From: a virus
Strand: one strand, 5' to 3'
Virus record (IMG/VR): IMGVR_UViG_3300025133_006719
Span: 1 to 64,000 of that record
Length of the DNA stretch: 64,000 nucleotides
Under the pieces are notes generated by a model. That model saw only the letters and a program-made list of their open reading frames with translations. It was not told the DNA's origin and searched no databases. Of the stretch, positions 57,330 to 64,000 are shown piece by piece. The translations under genes were made by a program, and so were the position numbers. Numbering within the stretch: the first letter of the stretch is position 1; every line of letters starts with the position of its first letter.

Positions 57330-57542
57330 ATGAGTGATAAAGTAGACCCCCATTATATTCAACATACAACTGGCGAAGAATCAACCTCTGGTACTTCTGG
57401 CGATGGCACTTCTGGTACTTCTGGCGAGCCTCCAGCACCAGCACCAGCACCGACTCCCGATGAGGGAACTTCTGGTGAGGGAACCTCTGGCACTTCTGGC
57501 GATGGTTCATACGGTCAACCAGAGGCGAGCCAAAGAGTCTAA
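57330..57542 (+). CDS. Acidic Ser-Gly-Thr/Pro-Ala repeat protein
   Basis: GTSG repeats, PAPAPAP; GTGTAATT at 57307. Confidence 0.6.
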   Translation: MSDKVDPHYIQHTTGEESTSGTSGDGTSGTSGEPPAPAPAPTPDEGTSGEGTSGTSGDGSYGQPEASQRV

Positions 57543-57583
57543 AAAAGAGAGTAGCGACCCTGAATTAAAATCCTTTTTTATTC

Positions 57584-57961
57584 ATGGCCGAAGTTAAATT
57601 ATCTATCAAGGAGAAAAATCTTCTAAAGCTATTAGAAGATAGGGACAGACTCGCAGACCAAGTATCTCTATGCGACAAGGCAATCGGTTTTTGGGAAAGC
57701 CAGATGGAGGCGTTGTTCGTTAAGATAGATGAGAACGATGAACAGTCATGGAGTCCAGATTACGAAGCTAAAGCGGAAAGCTACCTAAAGGATATAGACA
57801 GACTCGTAGGTAGAGGGAAAATCGAGAATGACACAATCAACAAACTAGAACGAGAGAGTGATGACTTGTATTTCAAAATCATCGCCTTCCTTGAGGAAAA
57901 CGCCGATAACAAGAAGATTGTAAGTATTGCCAAAAATCATTTCAAAAAGATTAAAAATTAG
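57584..57961 (+). CDS. Hypothetical coiled-coil protein
   Basis: ORF. Confidence 0.6.
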   Translation: MAEVKLSIKEKNLLKLLEDRDRLADQVSLCDKAIGFWESQMEALFVKIDENDEQSWSPDYEAKAESYLKDIDRLVGRGKIENDTINKLERESDDLYFKIIAFLEENADNKKIVSIAKNHFKKIKN

Positions 57962-57964
57962 GGG

Positions 57965-57993
57965 TTGACAGGGTATCCCCCGTAGGTTAGAGT
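57965..57993 (+). promoter_or_regulatory. TTGAC-N7-CCCC promoter
   Basis: TTGACA-17nt-TAGAGT; ATG 58003. Confidence 0.75.
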
Positions 57994-58002
57994 AATGATG
58001 GT

Positions 58003-60345
58003 ATGATTACTCGACAGAACCAAACAAAACTACAACAATCCCAAGAGTTTGTCTCCCATTCATTCGGAATCAAACAAGAGGGAATCTCCCACATCTTCAA
58101 TGTCTTACGAAACCAACTCTACTCTGATAAGATACTTGCAGTTATCCGCGAATACTCTACGAATGCGATTGATGCTCATGTAGAGGTAGGTAAAGCAACC
58201 CTTCCAATCGAAGTTTCCCTCCCTACCAAACTTAAATTAGAGTTCAAGGTAAGAGATTACGGTAGAGGCTTAACCGACGAACAGATTTCCCAAGTCTACG
58301 CAATGTATGGTGAATCAACCAAGCGCGGCACAAATGAGCAAATTGGCCAATTAGGTTTAGGTTGTAAATCGGCATTTGCTTACGGTGATAATTTCATAAT
58401 CAACTCGTATGTTAAAGGAACAAAGACTTCCTACAACGCCTTCATAGACCCTTCGCAAGTTGGCAGAATCTCGAAACTTTCAGAAGAAAAGAGTAAAGAA
58501 TCATGCGGCATTGAGATTGTCATTCCTGTCAAGATGGATGATGTAGACGAGTTCTATACGAAAGCAGTAAACTTGTTTAAGTATTTCAAAACTTGCCCAA
58601 CCATAAAAGGCGCGTCAGGAAGAAACCTAGAAGATGACTTATCTGAAAAGATTGTCATAGAATCCGACGACAAAAGTTGGCAACTAACAGATGGTGATGC
58701 GGTTGCTATCATGGGTAACATAGCATACGAAATCGACAACTACGCACTAAACTTGTCTTGGTCATCAGATGCTACTGACAGGCTACTCTACGAATTACTT
58801 AATGCAGGAATAAGGTTGCATTGCAAAATTGGTGAGTTGGACATTGCGGCAAGCCGCGAAGCATTACAGTACACCGACCAAACCAAGGGAGTTTTAATTA
58901 ACAGACTTAAAGACTGCATAAAGGAATTACCAGATTTGTTTACAGAAAGGTTCAAAGTCTGCAAAACTCTATGGGAAGCAAAGTTGCTATACAAAGACTT
59001 TTTCAGTCATGGAGGTTTTGGTAGCCATGTTAAAAACATTGTTGAAAAGCGTAAGGGAGTGTTTTGGAATGGTATTGCTGTTACAGACAGTCACTTCACT
59101 TTCACTCACTTCCAAAGCGAAGATGCTAAAGTCATAAGATTCGCCAAAAAGCATGGGTATAAAAGTTATGCCAAAGTTAGAGGCATGGAGGAAGCTAATC
59201 TATCAGTTGATTCTGAATGCCTTGTTATATTTGATGACAGGACTAGCCCAAATGGTAGGTTGAATCGTATAACACCTTTGATAGAGGAGTATGACACTCA
59301 ACCAGACAACCATAAAAAGTATGAGAATGTTTACCTTATCACATTTAGAGATGAGTCTTTCCACAAAGAATGGCTAAAGAAAACAAACTTCGACTTGGAA
59401 TGTAAAAAACTTTCGGAGTACACTCCAGTAAAATTAAGGGAGATTTACCCAAGCAATTCAACAACGGCAAACTCCAGCAAAGTTAAGCCAGCAAAACATC
59501 AAACAAAAGAGTTTACATTTAACAGAGATGCAGACTATGGTAATTACCACACTTGCCGTAGCGACTACTTCGATAGCGTAGCAGTAGACTTACAAAATGA
59601 TAGCGGCGTTTATGTTGAAATTGATGGTTTTTTTATCCATGCTCCTACAGAAATCCATCCTCATGCGTTTAGGAAGAAGTTGAAAGGTCTTGAATCTTTA
59701 GGGTTGGATGTTCCCGAAATCTTTGCCTTCAAACCTCCGAAAGCAGAGAAGATTAAAGATAATGACAACTGGACTTTGTTTGCAGATTGGGCAGAAGAAA
59801 AAATAACAGGCAGTCTATCAAAAGAACAGTTGCAAGAGATGAGAGACAGGGAATATGCCTTGAAACATTTTGAGAGTCAAGAGAGACAATACGATTCAGA
59901 ACCTCTAAAGATTGATGGATGCAGACATGGAGGAGCAGATGATAAGCCAGAGTTAGACTTAAAAAAGTTAATTGTCGATGAAGAATCTTCTTATCTTGAT
60001 TACTATAACAAGTATAAGTCAATGGTTAAGAGCAGAAGTCATAAGAGACTTGACAAAGCTATCGCCGCTACTAGAGTGTTTGGTTTTGGAAGCAGGTTAG
60101 ACGAGATAAAACCTACCCATGACCTTGACAATATGGTAAACAATGTATTGGAAAAATATCCCATGTTACATTATGGTATCCAGCATACAGATTGGCAATG
60201 GAAAGAGCATATAGCAAAAGAATGGGTTAATTATATCAATCTAATAGATGTAACATGGCAAACCGCAAGAAGAAAAAACAGAGTAAAAAAAATTACAAAC
60301 ATATTTGACCCCAATATAGTTTCAAAAGAAGTAATAGTAGCTTGA
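58003..60345 (+). CDS. rIIA: rIIA-like protein (GHKL ATPase N-terminus)
   Basis: LYSD...A.IRE..NA.DAH, RDYG.GL, STK, G.LGLG.KS.FAY, I.ASRE.L; adjacent to rIIB. Confidence 0.85.
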   Translation: MITRQNQTKLQQSQEFVSHSFGIKQEGISHIFNVLRNQLYSDKILAVIREYSTNAIDAHVEVGKATLPIEVSLPTKLKLEFKVRDYGRGLTDEQISQVYAMYGESTKRGTNEQIGQLGLGCKSAFAYGDNFIINSYVKGTKTSYNAFIDPSQVGRISKLSEEKSKESCGIEIVIPVKMDDVDEFYTKAVNLFKYFKTCPTIKGASGRNLEDDLSEKIVIESDDKSWQLTDGDAVAIMGNIAYEIDNYALNLSWSSDATDRLLYELLNAGIRLHCKIGELDIAASREALQYTDQTKGVLINRLKDCIKELPDLFTERFKVCKTLWEAKLLYKDFFSHGGFGSHVKNIVEKRKGVFWNGIAVTDSHFTFTHFQSEDAKVIRFAKKHGYKSYAKVRGMEEANLSVDSECLVIFDDRTSPNGRLNRITPLIEEYDTQPDNHKKYENVYLITFRDESFHKEWLKKTNFDLECKKLSEYTPVKLREIYPSNSTTANSSKVKPAKHQTKEFTFNRDADYGNYHTCRSDYFDSVAVDLQNDSGVYVEIDGFFIHAPTEIHPHAFRKKLKGLESLGLDVPEIFAFKPPKAEKIKDNDNWTLFADWAEEKITGSLSKEQLQEMRDREYALKHFESQERQYDSEPLKIDGCRHGGADDKPELDLKKLIVDEESSYLDYYNKYKSMVKSRSHKRLDKAIAATRVFGFGSRLDEIKPTHDLDNMVNNVLEKYPMLHYGIQHTDWQWKEHIAKEWVNYINLIDVTWQTARRKNRVKKITNIFDPNIVSKEVIVA

Positions 60346-60369
60346 CAAATTAGCCCGATAAACTAGAAT
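60342..60369 (+). promoter_or_regulatory. TTGAC-N7-CCC promoter
   Basis: TTGACA-16nt-TAGAAT; ATG 60381. Confidence 0.7.
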
Positions 60370-60380
60370 AAAAAGAGATT

Positions 60381-61253
60381 ATGATACCGTACATACTAAC
60401 AGACAAAAGCCTGACTTGCGTAATCAATGGTAAGTCACTCACGATGGAGCAAGACAACCCTTCTTTTAAGGTAGCAGTAAAGACTATCTTGCAAGAAGAA
60501 TGGGACAACCTCGCAGACTTGTTTGATACTTCTAAAGCAGTAGAAAACTTTGCAGAGGGAAATGTTAAAGTTGAAGATGGTGAAGTTTACTACAAGGACG
60601 AGATTGTTCACGGTCATGTAGTTGGCAGAATCCTAGATTTAATGAGCGGCGACAAGCCCTACAAGTCAGTTATCCGCTTTCTCGACAAGCTGATGAATAA
60701 CCCTTCTCGTAGGGCAGTAAACGAGTTGTATGCCTTTTTAGAGCATAAGAGTATGCCACTAACACCAGAGGGCAATTTCCTTGCATACAAGGGAGTGCGT
60801 GAAGATTTTACCGATTGGTATTCTGGCAAATTTACCAATAAGGTTGGTGATGTAAACGAGATGCCTCGCAGGGGAGTTTGCGATGACTATAACATAGGTT
60901 GTTCGTCAGGGTTTCATGCTGGCAGCTTGGAATACGCTAAAGGATACGGCAATGGCGGCAACTTAATGGTTGTCGAGATTGATCCTTCCGATGTTGTTAG
61001 CGTTCCACACGATTGCGACCAACAAAAACTTCGTACTTGCAAGTATAAGGTTGTTGCGCTTTTTGAAAAGAAGCTAGAAGAATCAATTGTCTATCCAAAC
61101 GATGACGGCACGATACACTACGAAGATGACGAGGATGATTACTCTGATGAGGATTCGGATTTAGATATTGCATACAACGAAGGCTATAAAGCGGCCTTGA
61201 AAAAGTTGTCAAAAGAATTTGGTAACGGTGGTTCCGCTACCAATGTTGGGTAG
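60381..61253 (+). CDS. rIIB: rIIB-like protein
   Basis: NPS...V.ELY.FL, LT..G.FLAYK.VR, MPR..V.DD...CS.G.H, D.VSVP.D....K.R.C.Y.V. Confidence 0.88.
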   Translation: MIPYILTDKSLTCVINGKSLTMEQDNPSFKVAVKTILQEEWDNLADLFDTSKAVENFAEGNVKVEDGEVYYKDEIVHGHVVGRILDLMSGDKPYKSVIRFLDKLMNNPSRRAVNELYAFLEHKSMPLTPEGNFLAYKGVREDFTDWYSGKFTNKVGDVNEMPRRGVCDDYNIGCSSGFHAGSLEYAKGYGNGGNLMVVEIDPSDVVSVPHDCDQQKLRTCKYKVVALFEKKLEESIVYPNDDGTIHYEDDEDDYSDEDSDLDIAYNEGYKAALKKLSKEFGNGGSATNVG

Positions 61254-61366
61254 CTGACAGTTTCGACTGTCGGTTCCTTTCTGTTTGTAGTCATAACATG
61301 GCATTATCCAAGCATATAAGTTTTCGTAGTAGTTTCTTATTGTAAGTCTTGGGTAGTGCCTTTTTT
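61253..61366 (+). terminator. UUCG hairpin plus long-stem terminator
   Basis: 61253-61274 stem with TTCG loop; 13-bp stem 61300-61312/61348-61360 followed by T6. Confidence 0.65.
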
Positions 61367-61405
61367 GATAAACATTAAATCTCAAAAGAATTAAAAAGAA
61401 TTATT

Positions 61406-62104
61406 ATGCGACAAGCAAGCCAAATCAATACAGGTATAGTAGAGGACTTTTTCGACTCCATTAAGGATAAGGACATTGAATCCTACAATGAGTATTGGGG
61501 AGAGTTAAAGCCTCAATCGTCAAATGCCGCTTTTAAGCGATACTTGTTTGCCTTTATGTCAGTCCATACAACTTGGAAGAATAATTGCAAAGGGTATAAC
61601 GCTATCAAACGATTTAACAGATGGACGCTTGAAAGGGGAGAGCAACTCCAGCTTTGGAATTATGATGCTGATAAGCTATTTAATGCTATCGAAGCTACAA
61701 GAGTAGGAATGCAAAACAACCGTACTAATTATATCGGTACTTTTAACGATAATTTTTGGCATGATACTGACGATTATCTGCATCGTAGCGATAACGAAGG
61801 ATGGACAGAATGGAGGGACAGACTTTCCAAAAAAATTCTTGGACTAGGGAAGGCGAAAACTTCGTTTGCTATTGAGATGCTTTATCCGACAGAAGCAAAA
61901 GTTGTTTGTATGGATACTCATTTGTTTCAAGTTTATGGTTGTGACCAAACCAAGGACGCTAAAAAGTACGAGACTCTTGAAGCGGATTGGATTGCGCGAA
62001 GTGACGCAAGAGGATTAGCACCATACATGGCACGATGCCTTTATTGGGACAAGAACCAGAACCGTAAGAACTCACGCTATTGGAGCAAAGTATTAGAAGC
62101 ATGA
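61406..62104 (+). CDS. HhH-GPD superfamily DNA glycosylase (OGG-like)
   Basis: ILGLGKAKTSF HhH with Lys, VVCMDTH Asp. Confidence 0.7.
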   Translation: MRQASQINTGIVEDFFDSIKDKDIESYNEYWGELKPQSSNAAFKRYLFAFMSVHTTWKNNCKGYNAIKRFNRWTLERGEQLQLWNYDADKLFNAIEATRVGMQNNRTNYIGTFNDNFWHDTDDYLHRSDNEGWTEWRDRLSKKILGLGKAKTSFAIEMLYPTEAKVVCMDTHLFQVYGCDQTKDAKKYETLEADWIARSDARGLAPYMARCLYWDKNQNRKNSRYWSKVLEA

Positions 62105-62319
62105 AAATCCTTGAGTCTGACAAATTCTCGAAAGAAGATATTGAAGGTATGCGCGATACTCTCGCGGAATCTGAATGGGAAGGATTCAGAGACAGAGATT
62201 TGCGTATGTTGCTTTGGGATGGTTGCGTTGGCTGGAAAAACATACCTGACGAAGAAGTGGTTGAAATGTATCAAAACATTTACGGTGAGACTGATAATGT
62301 TGAAATTATTAAAGAATGA
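62101..62319 (+). CDS. Hypothetical protein
   Basis: ATGA overlap with glycosylase stop. Confidence 0.55.
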   Translation: MKILESDKFSKEDIEGMRDTLAESEWEGFRDRDLRMLLWDGCVGWKNIPDEEVVEMYQNIYGETDNVEIIKE

Positions 62320-62649
62320 TCTACCGAGAAGAAACTAACCGATATTGGATGGTTTATTGTGACGGTGATGAATGTAACGAGTTTTGGATGAGAGAAGATG
62401 TAAAAGAACTACAAGGTTACTGGCACAAGATAAAAGAAACTAAAGAAATTCTCTGCAAAAAATGCTATAACAAAAAATGACTTGGACAATCGAAAAAAGA
62501 AAACAAGGCAATGAGATTTGGGTAACTTCAAATGTTGAACCAGAAGCTATTCTCATTGGTGAATGTTACCATGAGAGAGAAAGAAAAAGAACTCATTACC
62601 TTGCCGCGATAATTGTCAAAGCATTAAACGAAAACGATTAAACAAAATT

Positions 62650-63396
62650 ATGAAACATACAGCAAAATGGATTCCGTTACCTAGCCAACCTATTTCAGAG
62701 GGGGAAGCGGCAAGCACAAACAAAGTCAGGACTTACTCTATTAGAATTAAATTGGATGCACCTCATCCTTCTCCCAAAACCGCAACAACCAGAAATATAG
62801 ATGGAGAGTTTGTATGGGAAAGATTGGTCACTTGCAAGGGACGATCAGAAGCAGTTGCTCTAGCGGGAAATTGGTTTCAAGGTTTGCGAAGCGATGGTGT
62901 AAGAAAGGGGGGAGTTGGGAAAGTCCTAGCGGGAAAAGAAACTCACGAATGCGTAACCGTCGATGACAATTGGAATGAATGTTTGTATGGTTCTAATTTT
63001 AACCCAAAGAATAGTTGCAACCGTTTACTAGATAAGCAAACTATAGAAAGAGTCATTGAAGAGTCCAAAGGAAACTTAAAAATCGCTGACAGTCCTCTCA
63101 TCAAAGGGCAGGGCTATCCATCACTAGAATGGGCGACTGACAAAAAGATAAACTCGTCTCCTATTAAGGTTGGCTTTTCGACCTATACCGAACCCACAAA
63201 AGGAGGAATGAAAGAGATGCTGACTAAAGCACTAGAGAATTCAAAGAAAAGAAAAGTATCTTGGACAAGGGAACAGCACTTAAAGGAGGCCAGAATTATT
63301 GTGAGAAAGATGAAAGCAAAGAGTCTGATTGAAACCCGCGAACATAAATACGAAGAATTAAGGATTAAATTATCGGGAAAAAAGCAAGCGGCATAA
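62650..63396 (+). CDS. Hypothetical protein
   Basis: ORF in early-like region. Confidence 0.6.
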   Translation: MKHTAKWIPLPSQPISEGEAASTNKVRTYSIRIKLDAPHPSPKTATTRNIDGEFVWERLVTCKGRSEAVALAGNWFQGLRSDGVRKGGVGKVLAGKETHECVTVDDNWNECLYGSNFNPKNSCNRLLDKQTIERVIEESKGNLKIADSPLIKGQGYPSLEWATDKKINSSPIKVGFSTYTEPTKGGMKEMLTKALENSKKRKVSWTREQHLKEARIIVRKMKAKSLIETREHKYEELRIKLSGKKQAA

Positions 63397-63403
63397 AAAT
63401 TAT

Positions 63404-63607
63404 ATGCTATACGAAGTAAAAATCACAACAACTTACAAGAATGTTACTTACGTTGTAAAAGCAGAAAATGTTTTGAAAGCAGAAACAGAAGCATTGAAGA
63501 AATTAGAGAAAGACGTACCTAAAGAATATATCACCGCTGGACAATACCACATTGACTATATAGAGAATTTGAAGGAACCGCCAGCAACCAAACCAATGGG
63601 GGGATGA
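63404..63607 (+). CDS. Hypothetical protein
   Basis: ORF. Confidence 0.55.
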   Translation: MLYEVKITTTYKNVTYVVKAENVLKAETEALKKLEKDVPKEYITAGQYHIDYIENLKEPPATKPMGG

Positions 63608-63710
63608 AAAAAAGATGGAAAGGAATTACTGCTTGCTTATGTGTGTCGATTCTTGTAGCCTTGTGGTATGTGGCTTTAACAACTTTGAATGAAATTATAT
63701 TATTAGCACG

Positions 63711-63938
63711 ATGAACTATTCAGAAGAACAATACTGGAAGCAAGATGATGGAGAAGTAATTGCAGTCGGAGACATGAACGAGCATCACGCTAAAAGTGTT
63801 TTGCGAGAGATGATTAAAAAAAGCAGACAAAGAGGGCAGAATGTTTTAGTGATGAGAGACAAGATAGACCATAAAGAACAGCATATATTTCGCCAAATTA
63901 GCAATACGCTAGGTGATATTAAAAGAGATTTACTATGA
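63711..63938 (+). CDS. Hypothetical protein
   Basis: W...DG..I...DM...H motif. Confidence 0.55.
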   Translation: MNYSEEQYWKQDDGEVIAVGDMNEHHAKSVLREMIKKSRQRGQNVLVMRDKIDHKEQHIFRQISNTLGDIKRDLL

Positions 63939-64000
63939 CAACGACTGAATACAATTATGTCGATTGCACAAGCAAGCGGAGTTTCATTGGCGATATAAAC

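Noticed and set aside
1450-62338. Numerous short antisense or nested ORFs in the track (e.g. 5423-5854, 35173-35541, 41456-41812, 47758-48069, 50477-50896)
   Set aside because: Shadows of well-supported genes or of the tRNA; no motifs or start signals
1-64000. Stop-codon reassignment
   Set aside because: Conserved genes are full-length in the standard code and end in TAA, TAG and TGA

Overview
64 kb slice of a large lytic dsDNA tailed bacteriophage genome (AT-rich, densely coding, standard genetic code). The host is probably an aquatic Gram-negative, tentatively PVC/Verrucomicrobia. Left to right: (1) the 3' part of a giant virion-type protein. (2) A mostly minus-strand accessory block (2OG-Fe(II) oxygenases, dNMP kinase, ECF-type sigma, dCMP deaminase). 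(3) A ~400 nt promoter-led, hairpin-rich non-coding region before a second sigma factor. (4) A membrane cassette: lipoprotein with u-spanin topology, small lipoprotein, tandem DUF2589-like pair. (5) A glycan operon with the three GDP-mannose-to-GDP-colitose steps (Gmd, ColD-type dehydratase, ColC/Fcl) plus GT11, GT25, GT2 and GT69-like transferases. (6) A replication module: RecA/UvsX, DnaB, primase, Cas4-like nuclease, and a Pol III alpha split into separate PHP and polymerase genes with a DnaQ-like exonuclease gene between them. (7) GT4/GT9, Hsp20, NrdJ, dUTPase, HldE-like kinase and nucleotidyltransferase, tRNA-Arg(UCU), ThyX, four FkbM methyltransferases and Ser-Gly-Thr repeat proteins. 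(8) An early-like region with rIIA/rIIB and an HhH DNA glycosylase. Three promoter classes are visible in the sequence: sigma70-type TTGAC-N7-CCCC with very short leaders, a recurrent GTGTAAT motif ~14 nt before starts, and one consensus sigma54 promoter before hsp20. Family names come from motif recognition and memory, not database searches.
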